This document shows positions 23,480 through 35,790 of a stretch of 64,000 nt of DNA, piece by piece. How positions within the stretch are numbered: position 1 is the stretch's first letter; every line of letters starts with the position of its first letter. Under the pieces are notes generated by a model. The model was not told the origin of the DNA. It did no database searches and worked only from the letters and a program-made list of their open reading frames with translations. A program made the position numbers and the translations under genes. Source of the DNA: Octopus sinensis (lineage: Eukaryota); NCBI RefSeq assembly GCF_006345805.1, contig NW_021833041.1, forward strand, positions 168,588 through 232,587, in the 5' to 3' direction.

Positions 23480-24570
23480 GGCAAAGAACAAGAAAAGATT
23501 ATAGTTGTTTTGTGTGCAGTTTAGATGTGGACTTAGCAACGTAGTCTAGTAAGTGAGCGAATTATTACTAAGATGCACGACACATTTTAGTGTGGGTATG
23601 TGTATCCAAAAGGAAGGTTGACATCTTTGTTATTAAAAATACGCGCGGTAAACACCCAGGGACCATGAAATACTATATTTGGTTATCTATGCACTACGCA
23701 TGAGTTGATAAAACTTTATGGGGAATCCCTAATTAAAAAGATTAAGGGCTGAATATTCTTGGAAGTCTACAGAATCAGAGAAGACAAAGAAGAATAGAGT
23801 GAGGTGTTTAGAATCCTATCATTTTCACTCCGGAGGCTCATTAATTAGGCAATTATTTATTTTTATTTCCCGAATGGAACACGGGAAAAGGAACAAATAA
23901 AGTGACGTGTAGCTCTGGTCTCCGCGGTTGCGTTATATCTTTGTCCATATGCGTAAGAGGGCTTCCATGTTAGTAAGAACTGAGGATTTTCCACTAGACT
24001 AGCTCTACCTCCGTGAGTATAAAGGCTTTTTTCAGGCTCGCTCCGATCTTTATTTTATTGCTCCAGAGAATTGGTTTACCTCATACCGTGCATTCGTACG
24101 AGCAACAAGGCACGATGTACCGGTTGTATAAAAACTTAAGTACTGGGTTTTTTCCAAACTTCTAAAGGCCTGTCTTCTTTCACATTTTGTTAAGACATTG
24201 TCAACGTGATGGGAGAAGAAAATGTGTGTATCGAATGTAACTCCTAGGATCTTTTAGTCCAGCAAAACGGAATTTTGTTGTTGCCCAGTGTAAGATGCAC
24301 TGACTTCTTCCCATGTCTATAGATAAAGAGGGAGTTCGCTGACTTTTTTGGATAAGTTGATAGGCAGGTAGCAGTGATTCAGATATTTAATATATTCAAG
24401 TTTTGTTGCAGACTTGTGAAAGCAGCAAGGATGTTCCGATCTTTGAAAGCAATGATGATGTCATCGACGTAGAAAATCAGGATGTCGTGTTCATTTTACG
24501 GTAGAGGCAGATCAACGACGAAGAGATTAAACAGGGCGGGTGAGAGCGGGAAACCTTGCAGAATCCAGGT
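23480..24570 (-). mobile_element. Decayed I/Jockey-like LINE 3' RT/thumb remnant
   Basis: Minus strand similar at DNA level to 29680-30095, where LHNWITANRL..PKKS..KILGVTF is readable. Many stops. Confidence 0.6.
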
Positions 24571-24724
24571 TGAAAGAAAGCAGTTAAACAATTAATTACT
24601 CTCTTTTTATTATTTAATAGCAATAATTTAATCAAAAATTATTTAGTATTATTTAATTGTTAATCATTAATTTTTGGTTTATTTTCACTACTTTTGATAG
24701 CTTGCTATTTTAATTTAATTTCAA

Positions 24725-27700
24725 TTATAAAATACATGCAGAAGAAAATTTACTTGAAACCTGGCGTGATGTAGATCTAGATCCCCGTATTGAATATTCT
24801 TTTTCTTCAATTTCAATAGGTATTTTATTCTATTTTACGAATAAAAATAGCAAACCTCCTGAAAATATGTTTCGACAATTTTATAAATATTATCATCATT
24901 TGTTGACGATACAATAATTCGAGTTAGTATTTTATTCAAATCTTTAAGATCGTCTAAAATGATATCCTTCTATTGAATAATCTGAAAATTATAACCTTGT
25001 TATTTATTAAATTTTCTGATTTTTCAGTTGAAATCTTTTTTTCTAATTTTTGATTCTGCAATAGGTTATTTGAGATATTAACATTTTTTCTAGCTCTTTT
25101 AATTTTTTCTTCGTAATTCATAGATTCAATTTTTGCTTGCGCTAAATTTGTAGAACTAGATTTAAAATTTGCTTTTGATTCTTCCAATTCATTATTTAAG
25201 TTATCTGCATGTTCGGTTTGTATCTAAATATATTTTTACTAAAAATAAATTATACTTTATAACTATTTTCTTTTTGTTTGAATAATCTTAGTTTTTCGCG
25301 CTGTTGACTTTTTTTATCATTATATTCATTAAAGAGCTTTTCCATTTCTTTTTCTCGACAAACTTATAAATTAATATAATTTCCTTTAACCATTTGCAGT
25401 TTTACTCAGTCCTTTCTTATACGAGTCGTTTCTTTCATTTATTAGTTGAACAGTGTTTCTTAATGCATTTAATTCTTCCTCAGCTGATATAATTTCATTA
25501 TTTAATTTTTCTCCTTTAATTTTTAGTTCTTCCTTTTTTTGAGCTGCTTTAATAATGAAGTAAGCTTGTGATCGGACTATTTCTCCATCTGCTGGTTGCA
25601 TTGATATGGTAAGCAATTCGCTCCTTGAATAAAGCGATTTAAACTGTTACTTTCGTTTTAATTTCTCTATTTCCATCATTTTTTTATGATAATCTAAATT
25701 TAAATTTGATTTTTCAATTTCGGCATTTCTTATTTGAGTAGTTAGGATTTGATGATGATGCTTTATTTCATAACATCTTTCTTGTATTAACTACGATTTT
25801 TATTATTATTACCCACCTTTTCAAGTTTCAGCTTTTTTTCTTGATTAGAAAAAATATTCACATCATTTTCAGCTAATTTATCTTTAAAATTTATAAGATC
25901 AAGCTTTAGAATGTTGCTTTCAACCAGAAAATTCTATCGGAAAATTATAACAGCCGGTTACTTCTTTTCGTTTAATTGTTTTCCTTAATTCTTTTTCAGC
26001 GTTATAAATATAAAGATTCAATTCTTGAATTTTATTTTGTATTTTTTCTTTATCTGATTTTATACTGTCATGCTGCTTTTTACCGTTTCTTACTTCGTCC
26101 TTTATTTTAAATAATGTTAATTTTTATAACTTTAATAATTTTCAATTGATTTAATAAAATCGTATGAGCTTCACTTCGTTGGTCGAAAGTTTGTCTAAGC
26201 TCTATTATTTTTTGTTCTAATTCTTTTTTTTCAATATTTCCACGATCGCCTTTAATAGTGTCTATACGCCTATTTAGTTGTTGAATCTCAAAATCCTAAT
26301 AATAAAGCTATTTTATCCACAAAAAACCTGATTGTATATTAATTCTTCCTGCCTCAATATTTCAGCGTCATATTTAAGAATTCTATTTTCAAAATGTTTC
26401 AATGTCACTTTTGTACCCTTAATTAATTTTTAGAATAATTAAAACTTCAATTTTTGTCTTTAAAGCAGCCGCCTTACTCTTTTTATCGTTTGCTATTTCA
26501 TTAGATTCAAATAGCTTTTCGCGCAAAATTTTTAATTGCTTTTCAAGCTGCTTATAACGTAATTCTTCGTTATTCAAAATCTGATTCATTTCTATTGCAT
26601 ATTCTTCTGCAGATTTACATCTTTTGTCTAAAGTATTTTGACTTTTGACGAGTTCTTCGTTTTTTAATAAGATTATTTTAAATCTAATTCTATAAATATT
26701 ATAAAAATACTTTTCATTTTTAATTTCTATATCGTTACTGATTTCGTGATTTTGTAAACGCTGTTTTTCCAATTTATATCCCAAACTATTTACAGTTCTT
26801 TTCAAAACTTCCAACTGCATTTTTTTATTTTATTAAAATTACTTCTTCCCTAAACTCCAACCTGGTACTTGTTATTTTTTGTAAATCAAATTTTAACGCG
26901 TCGACATATTTCTCCATCTGTTTTATCTTTTTTTCAATCTCGAAATTATTTTTTTCTTCAGTTTCAAGAAAATTTAACTGGTTTTTTAATCCGTCTTGTT
27001 TATTTGAAAATTCATCTTTTAGCAAGTTTAATTCCTAATAATCAGTGTAAGAATTGTGTACAAGAGTGGATTTTTCCAAATCCATATCTTTAGATGTAAT
27101 CTGTTTTAATATATTTTGCCATTGATTTATTTGTACATCTCGTTCCTTTTTTAAAGATTTGTATGATTCTGCAAGTTTTTCTAACTCATACTATTTGTTA
27201 AATATAATTATTGCCTGATAAGTTATTTTGTCAGTGGTAATTTTTTCGAATTCATTATTTTTTTTATTTTTTTCAACGACAAGATTGTTGATATGAAGTA
27301 CAAGCTCTTGAAATTTTCCTTCATCTTCTTTAATATATTTCTTTATTAAAGATAAATCTTCGTCTTGTTTGGCAGATTCTTCTAGCCAAATTTCTAATTT
27401 TTTATGATCCCAATTTATCTTTGATTTAAAAGTTTTTATTTTTTTATCAACTAAAAATATTCGGTTCTAATATATAATAAATTTTTTATTACTTGATATG
27501 TATTTTTATATTCGTGTAATTCCTGCAATTCTGAATTTATTCCTTTAATTTCATTTTTAGATGTCGACAATTGTATATCATTAATTTTTTTCATACTAAT
27601 TTCATTAGCAAGTTCAATGTTTCTATCTTTTAACCCTTCCTATTTTTAATAAACCATAATCAAACATGTGCAAGCTCTATTTCGCTTTTAACATTATTAA

Positions 27701-27910
27701 AATGTTCTAACATCGAATAAAATCTACTATTATTTCTTTTGGTTTCTTTTTGCAAAAACGCAACTTTTTCTTGAATCTTTAGAATCTGAAAATAGTTAAA
27801 CCGATATGTTTATTAACCGAATTTTCCAACTCCTTATTTGTTTTGTTCGAAACGATCATTGAAAAATAACCATTACTTTCCAATTCTACTCGATCAACAA
27901 TTCCGTTCAT
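24725..27910 (-). CDS. CCDC39: Coiled-coil domain-containing protein 39 (axonemal 96-nm ruler)
   Basis: [33 protein letters not shown]...ALRNTVQLIN matches the CCDC39 motif. C-terminus KIVETYFQE..SRSTS. Long spliced coiled coil. Confidence 0.9.
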
Positions 27911-28210
27911 AGTGAATGCTTTTCAACTAAATACTGTTTCTAAGTAATAATTTGTTTATTTTTTTCAAAATGTGAATGAGTAAATTAATATTATCTAAGG
28001 AACATTATTATAATTTTATAATGATTAAATTAAAAGTAAAGAAAAATTTTAGAATTTCTAACTAACTTATAATTGATTCGGTTTTTAGCGAGCCCAGGTT
28101 GACGTTGCCGCTAAAAGCCGAAACGAATCACCTTTAAAAAAATAAATAATCGAATTAACCGTGGAGGAAAGCAACTGGTTAAAAAGAAAACAATAGTCAA
28201 AAGTTAGATG

Positions 28211-28448
28211 CTAGCTATGGTAGGTGAGTGAGCGAATAGTCGAGAGCCTAGAGGCATACCGTAAATAAATTCTATTTTTAAGAAAAATTTAAATAAATAG
28301 TTAATATTTCTACGGAAATTCTTCTAATTGCACTGTCAATTGGTGGTCAATTGTGTTAATGATGTTTGACAATTTATCTGCACTTTGTCAATTTGAAGTT
28401 GGTGTGGACACACAGACAGACACACACCATACCATTTTATTATTAAGA
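28211..28448 (-). mobile_element. Short non-autonomous relative of the Helitron-like element at 35791-38044
   Basis: The reverse complement starts a|TCTTAATAATAAAATGGTATGGTGTGTGTCTGTCTG, like 35791, and shares an internal segment with 37200-37433. Confidence 0.65.
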
Positions 28449-28739
28449 TATTGCAATATGTCGATAACTACAATATGTCGCGGTCATTCAAAACTTAAAG
28501 ATTATGGACTACCGCTGTCTGAAGAAGACGCGTTTAGCTTTCTACAATTTATTGGAAACATTTCTCAAGAAAATCAGTGTCCTAAGAGGCATCAAATAAA
28601 TGTAATGTTCTGTGAAAACAGAGCAACCAGGAGCAAATTGAAAAGGAGTGTCAAAATAACACTAAAAATAATTAAAATGAAATTATTGAAAGGAATATTG
28701 TTCGTTTATTTCAATTAAGATTTTCTGAAAATTTCCCTC

Positions 28740-29190
28740 TCCCACAACGATACGTATCATTTCTCAATCTCCACTCAAACTAAGCGAAGTATGGTGTAAA
28801 AAGTTCGCGAGATGTCCCATTCATTCTCTAACTTTTTTCAGCATGTGACCACAAAGACTCAATTCCTTAAGTATATGAGGAACGATTGTTCGGATCCACA
28901 AAATTTCGGCTGTGATTAAATCGTAAGTGATCAGAGTAACCGAACGATTCAAGTCCATTGTACGCGGACCATTGGTAGGAGCATACAACTCATCCTGTAG
29001 GAACATAATTCTGAATCAAAGGAATTAGAGTTTCTCGAGTTGAGTTTGGGACAGCACACAAAAAAATATTTCTTGGATTTCCCCTTTCCCCCCGATCACC
29101 CAATGGCACTTGTGTCACGTTCCCTGTGCATACTTTCGACGGAAATACTTTGTTTCATCTACTTCACTTCCTCTGGGTCAAATCCTCCAA
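28740..29190 (-). mobile_element. Merlin (IS1016/ISXO2-like) transposase remnant
   Basis: EVDETKYFRRKY..G..HWVIGG...VPNSTRETLIPLIQNYV..G..YQWSAY..L..GY..H..NHSRNFVDP...GIESLW, with stops. Confidence 0.75.
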
Positions 29191-29480
29191 GAGAAGCAGG
29201 AGCTAATATATAAGATCGCTTTCATCTCTAGTCAAACTATAATACCTAGTATTCAGCTCGTTAAACAGTCGATTTCTATCAACATGATTAAAATTTTGTT
29301 CCGCCTAACTAATGTTGATTAATTCAATACCTCAATGCATTTAAGCTTCAACTCAATGCCATCCTCCGCAAAAAAACGCAATTTGATTTAATTATAACAA
29401 AAATTACATTTCCATTTTCAAAACATCTGTTTTTTGTAAGCTGCTTCAGCCAAAAGCATTGTTGTTCAATGTGTTTTCTT
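29190..29480 (-). mobile_element. Ginger2-like N-terminal (H2C2) remnant
   Basis: DNA match to 12370-12500: LKLKCIE|intron|AEQNFNHVDRNRLFNEL. Confidence 0.7.
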
Positions 29481-29679
29481 TTTGGTTTTATGTGATCCTT
29501 TTGATTTTTCAAGAATTTCTTTGCTGAGCTTTACAATACGCATACATAACATAACAATGGTCGTGTGGACCTTGTCTTAATTTTTGCATCTGATCGTACG
29601 TATAACATCAAGAGGTCTTCTATGTTCGTAGCTTGCCTTTTGTCCAACGTTCCGTGAGTGCTGAAGCTCTTTTCATACT

Positions 29680-30095
29680 TGCCTCAATCTACGTTTATTG
29701 GACCAGAAAATGGAGTTGCCCATGCCGTGCATCATACAAAAAGCAAGGCACGATGTACTGGTTGTACAGACATCCAAGTAGTTAGGGCTTTCCAAACTTT
29801 CAAAGTCTAGAGAGACACTTCAATACGTTGGTCTTCATTTCGCATTTTGTTAAGACGTTGTCCACGTTTGAGAGAAGCACACGTGCGCACAGAACGTAAC
29901 TCCTAGGATTTTCTGAGTTCGGCAAGACGGAATTTCTTTGTTGTCTAGGGTAAAAACCACTGACTTCTTATCAAATCTTTCGTATGAGATGAAGAGGGAA
30001 GTCGCTGACTTTTTTGGGCAAGTTGATAGGCGGTTAGCAGTGATCCAGTTATGTAATTTATTCAAATTTTGTTGTAGCCTTGACTAAATCAGTAA
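29680..30095 (-). mobile_element. I/Jockey-like LINE RT/thumb remnant
   Basis: ORF 29850-30065: LHNWITANRLSTCPKKSATSLF..TLDNKEIP..KILGVTF. Confidence 0.65.
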
Positions 30096-30679
30096 AGTAC
30101 TTAGGTTAATTCAAAGATGTTCATTTTTTAGTTTTAGTCAACTTGGAATTACTCTTAACTTGTCGCATTTACTAATAGCATGGCCACAACACTATGAAAG
30201 AAAATTAATTTAAAAAGAAGCGAGGACTTTTAGGCTCAGCGAATTGAAATTTCCGTGCAAAATTACCAAAAAGGCATCTGAAATAATTAGTATACGAAAG
30301 TTAACATCCACCACGTCTTCAGGACAACCGGATGTTATGATAAAAAGCAAACAAGGTTTCAAGAAGTGAGGAAGAGCACTCAAATCAGATGCTATGGACG
30401 TTTTACCTAAATAAAACTGTGATTTCACGGAGTAGTTTTCTTACTAGAAAGCTCTGATTTAGTGAAAAATCTTTTAAACTCAGACCATCTAGGAGAACAT
30501 AGTTAATAACCAGATGTCAAGTAAACCTTCTCAAATAGAGGGTGTTTTCGTTTTGGGTAAAAAATAATTTTTTAAAACTAAAATCAACAGGATATAAAAA
30601 TGAATGACTCAGAATATTATATTTCAAAAAAATCTAAGAAAAAGAATCAAAAATGAAACAAACAAAAAGCAATCATGAA

Positions 30680-32673
30680 TTAAGAACTATTCCCAAACAA
30701 TCTTAGACAACGATCAAAACTCGTTGAAGCCATATAATTTTTAGAAAATTTAACATTAGTGACAGGACCAGTGTTGTCTTGAAATTGATTTATTAGCTCC
30801 CATTGTTTAGAACGATAAAGTCTATTTAAAGAATAGAAAACTACCTTATATCAGTACCAGCCAAGGCCAAACAAGCTCCATTATTATCAAAAGATACAGA
30901 TTTTACCTAAATTAAATAAATAAAGCTTGATTGAGATAAACTTCATAATTTTGTCCGGGGTCTATTGTATGAATGTCTTTTAATTTACGAAGATCCCAGA
31001 CAATTACTTTATTTGCATCATCGGATGTAGCCAAATAATATCCTAAAATAAGGAAGAGAATTTTCACCATTTTCAGAAAACGACATAGAATTAATAAGCC
31101 CATTATGATGATCAAAAGTTGCTACATTGATCGGTCCTCTAAGATCCCATATACGAATAGATGAATTAGAATTCCCCAAACCAAATATTAACCCATCAGG
31201 ATGAAATTTCGCACAATTTATACCTATAAGATAGTTAACAACATATCCAAAAATTATATTAATAACAATAAACTAAAAAGATGAAACCTCGATACAGTTC
31301 CTCTTCTTCCACTCTCAATATAAGTTGGTTATTGTGAATATCCGTAAACCCCCAGTTCTAAATGGTATTATTTAGTGCAAAATAAGAAAACCCCGTCCCT
31401 AGTACCGCTTAGTAAATATTTTCCACATGGATGCAAACTAATATCACTAGTTGAATTTTGATGTATATCCAAAACAGAACTTCCATTTTCTTCTGTTAGA
31501 TTCCACAACCTGATAGTATTATCATACGAAGAAGAAAGAATCATTTCCTATAATTTCAGCATTTTAAACTTATTTTAAACCTCAGTGGGATGAAAAATAA
31601 CAGTATTAATTTTTTTTAAATGCCCTTTCAAAGTGTTTATTACCAATTCTTTTTCTTTGTCAAAGACCACAATATTCCCATCATTACCCCCGGTAGCGAT
31701 GAATTTCCCAAAATCATTTTCTGCTATATCTAAACACAAAATTCCAGGACTCGCAGCACTATGTAGACCCTGATATCAAATTATGTCATCCTACAAAATA
31801 CGCTATATGTTGATAAAAGTTTATAGTTTCGCACTTCTTCTATCGTTGCTACCCCTGGAATTCCAATTTTACTTCTCTATAGCAAATAAAAATAAATTAA
31901 CACTACTTTTTTTCGTTCAGAAGTAAGAATAGACGAATGCCTTTGAAGCTATAAATAAAAGTTGAAGTATGAATAATAATAACTGAATCCATAGTCTGCT
32001 CACTTATACCAATCGGCTCAAGGCCAGTAGAGACAACAGCTTTAGATGAAATCGCCGAATGTGGTTTAAAAGTAGCAATAGCTGTTCAAATTAATAATAT
32101 ATGTCACCTTCCCGAGCAACAGAAAGCTCCTTGGTTAATCGGGCAACTACTCGGCACGCAGCATCGTGCTGATAAAGTGTATGTGAAAGTTCTATATAAG
32201 AATACTCAAACATAAAAAAAACCTTGTCTTACTGTCTGCAATTGTTTTCTAAGTGTGAAATTATTGAGCATGATAGAATCCTAATAAATAATAGTATGGA
32301 GAAAAACCCATTCGTCTTGAAGACTCTTCAAAATACCAGGAACACTAGCACTAAGACTAGAAGGTGGCTTTACAAGATTATTAGCTATTGAATAAACTAT
32401 TTTATTAAAATAATACATTTTATTTCAACAAGCATTTCCTGGGTTAATTTCTCTCCATTAATAGGATCAATATCGCCTTGTTCTTTAAGGTATTTTAAGA
32501 TTAAATCCTTATTAAAAACGGCTCCAGATACTGGCGAAACAACAGGATTTTCAGGGATTTCATTGCTTACTAAAAAATAGAATGAATAAAAATAATAAAT
32601 AATATTCAAATATGCAAAACCCACATATAAACTAAATGGAAAAATAAAACATACGAGAACAAAACAGCGACAT
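30680..32673 (-). CDS. PRPF19: Pre-mRNA processing factor 19 (U-box, coiled coil, WD40)
   Basis: [44 protein letters not shown] repeats [22 protein letters not shown]. Ends [15 protein letters not shown]. Confidence 0.95.
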
Positions 32674-32769
32674 GATTTTAAAGAATTTTATTCAATAAAT
32701 TAAAATATAAATTATTTCTGATTAATTTAAATGAGATTAATTTGAGTAAAGTAAAGAAATCAAACTAAG

Positions 32770-33050
32770 TTCGTCGATAACATCGTCGGAAAGAAGATTG
32801 ACTTACAGTTCCCTGTGCAAATGGCAAAGGAAATCCTTGGGATAGCCAGCTCATCTCGCGGGAATCATAGATCTTGGAGAAGATCCGTGCCTCGATCTCC
32901 AAATTGACTAAAATGCTTTCTATTTTTTTAATAAGATATTTATTGAATTTAAAAACAATAATGAAAAGGTCACACAGTCCCAGCAGATAGAATCGTTTGG
33001 CTGTTGTCCCGATGACCCCCAATGAGAGACCCTGAAACAGCCAGGGTTCT
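32770..33050 (-). mobile_element. Two adjacent decayed CRE 3' tips
   Basis: Minus frames read EPWLFQGLSLGV and DELAIPRISFAICTGNCKSIF, both resembling the WLFQRISLAVLRGNC.SI motif. Confidence 0.5.
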
Positions 33051-33199
33051 TCGTTAATTTTAGTTTCTATTTATTATTACATTCAGACCTTAAGTTTGAT
33101 CCATTCTTAAATTATATAGGCACCGATATATTTTCGACAGTTTTTCTAGACAAAGCAATTTTAATGAGCCAATTAATACCTTGTACCAGATAGATCCAA

Positions 33200-34529
33200 A
33201 ACCCCATGCCAAATAAGAATAACTGTCTTCCAGGTCAAATATCTTGTTAAAAAACTCGAGCAACTACCGCTCATGCAATCCCGATCAAAATGTATCCTTC
33301 ACATAAAGAATCTCGGTCCACATCGTCTAAACCAGCGGTTCTTAACCTTTTTCAAATTTTTGATAAATTGTATCCCTTGGGGTTAAAAATGGATCCCGCG
33401 TACCCCCTATCGATTTTTAAATTTTTACACATCTTAAATGATTTAATTATAAAATATAAACTATTTTCTAATTAAACAAAATCAATAAAATATTTTATGC
33501 CGAAAAAGTGTAAAAGATTTAATTCTAGTGAGATATTTGTTGTTGCTTTTCTGCAACAAGTTTTTTAATATTCGAATCCATGTTGCCAAGAGCGATTCGC
33601 ATATCATCTCCAATTTTCAATCGATTACGAGATTTAAATAAATGATAAACAAGACATCGCAGTTTCGCATAAGTTTGTTGTTGGATAAGGAATTAAATAT
33701 TGCATACTAGCCATAGTCAATAACGAATACTTTGGAATCATTTTACTCCAAAATTCCATAAGTGTGCAAGAATCGAAACATATCTGAATAATCACAAAAA
33801 TTGTTCCGCGTACCCCCTGGATCTTCTCGTGTACCTCCTAGACACATGTACCCCCGGTTAAGAAACCCTGGTCTAAACGCTCTTATTGAAATATACAACA
33901 ACTCGCTGAATACCGACCTCGTATCTACGGCATGGAAAAATCAACCATCATATCTATCCTCACACCTCACGGAGACCCTAGAGACCCCGCTTCCTTTAGA
34001 CCAGGGGTGCGCAAGCTTTTTGGGTTTGCGGCCGCATAGCATTTTTTTCCTTCTCTTCCACGGCCGCACATTTTCTGCATTATTTTTTCGATATTAATAT
34101 AGTAATTTTTTTTAATTATTAAAAGTGACCGCATAAGTTGCCCATTGTCATCGAGACCGAATGAGTTCTTGGACAGGAAATGCTCTCGTTCATCAGAGAC
34201 ATCATATTATTAAAATAAATAATTATTTCATGGACAAAAGATAAGAAAGAAGGAAAATTAATTAAAAGAAATGTATTATACAAGTCATTCTAATAACGGC
34301 CAGGATCTTTGGTATTTTTTGCGAGCTTATTGAAATCCACTGGTAGGGTAGATATCATTATGCGCAAACATGACTCTAAGTTTGCCACATTATCGCTACC
34401 TCCCAAACGGCGTACCGCAGAGTTCACCACTTTCCCCAACACCTTCGAACCTCCTTTTAAGTGACATACCTAAAAAAGATAACACCCTGGTTTTATCCTA
34501 TGCAGACGACATCATCATAACGTCTAGAC
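33200..34529 (+). mobile_element. Decayed LINE reverse-transcriptase fragment interrupted by hAT MITEs
   Basis: LIEIYNNSL..TAWKN..GDPRDP.SFR and NGVPQSSPLSPT..NLLLSDIP..LSYADDIII. Confidence 0.7.
33333..33870. mobile_element. hAT (Buster-type) MITE
   Basis: TIR CAGCGGTTCTTAACC / GGTTAAGAAACCCTG, 8-bp TSD GTCTAAAC (33325-33332, 33871-33878), subterminal GTACCCC motifs. Confidence 0.9.
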
Positions 34530-35380
34530 CAGGGGTGTCAAACTCATTTCTTCCTCGTGCCGGATTAAAAAATCATTGACAATCTGTAGCCACAATAAAA
34601 GCACGTTCCCATTCCACTCCAAAGCTATCCAACATAGTGCCAAGAGATTTGAATATTTCATTTGCCGTAATGGTATCCATCATAGGTATTAAATCATGAA
34701 ATTCCCGGGTGACCGTCAAATCCTCGTCCACGCTACGAATGAATATAGCTAACTGAACCACATCCATAATGTCAGGACTCTCGTCAATAACAATAGGTAA
34801 TGAATGAACTGATTTTCGTCTTAAATTGATTATGAAAATCAGTGACAAGATCCGAAATCCTATTCGCCACAGTATTTCTTGTGAGGTTAATACTCGCAAA
34901 ATCAGGTCGATTAATAGGGCATATGATTTCGGTAGCTTTCATAATAAATGCTTTTATAAAATCACCATCACTATAAGGTTTTGATGCTAACGCTATTTCC
35001 TGCTAAATAAAGTGGCTATCTTTGACAGCTGCCTCACTTTCACTTCGAAATTTAGCAAAAAAAGATTGCTGATTCTGCAAACATGAGAATAGTGCATCAA
35101 ACTTATCCGTTCTCATTTTCCCCATCCTGGAGAAAAGTTATGTTAAGTAATTATATATAATTGGGGTTAGCATGGAAAGAAACTTCGGTGCCTTGTTTTT
35201 TAATCTTTCCTTGTTTTTTGGGTTTTGGTTTTTCTTGAACAATAAAAAACTATTCTAATCGAGAAACAATTTTTTATTTGTAATTAGATTCTAGAATCTA
35301 GATATTTGTATTTGGTGTTAAATAATAATTCAAAATTTTAAACATACCTTTAAACTTTTCTCGCGGGCCATATTAAATCG
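34530..35380 (-). mobile_element. Truncated hAT (GTF2IRD2/Buster-like) transposase remnant
   Basis: TIR-like CAGGGGTGTCAAACTC after GTCTAGAC. ORF 34573-34899 reads IVIDESPDIMDVVQLAIFIRSVD..REF..M..T.TANEIF..ATD. No matching second TIR found. Confidence 0.8.
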
Positions 35381-35790
35381 TCCGCGGGTCAGGTTCCAAT
35401 TAAAGCAGAATGCTTGTCTCAATTTCTTAATATTCTTCTTTGATATTTTGTAAAATATTGAGAATTTCTTTAGTTAGTCTCACTATCAGCATACTTTAAT
35501 GCCATATTATTTAAACTTAAAAAAAACAGATTTTATTAAAATTCTTTGCACCGTTGAGTTTTATGAACTGGTTATCCGGTTTATTATCGAAATCCATTTA
35601 TAATTGAAGTTTTCAGACAATCACGCGGAAGACAACATATATTTCAGGATTGGTTTAGTCTTTCTATCTGCCCCTGCACCCAAATGCACCTTTCACACCT
35701 CTTATATGCTCAATCCTCTCGTTGATGGATTACTTCCAATTGTCCGTGTGAAGAATTGAAGTTTTTCCAAACATTAAAAAATACTCCTAA

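Noticed and set aside
28081-28120. Hairpin GGTTTTTAGCG...CGCTAAAAGCC as an ncRNA or terminator
   Set aside because: It is a single 11-bp stem with no supporting tRNA, snRNA or Helitron-end context.
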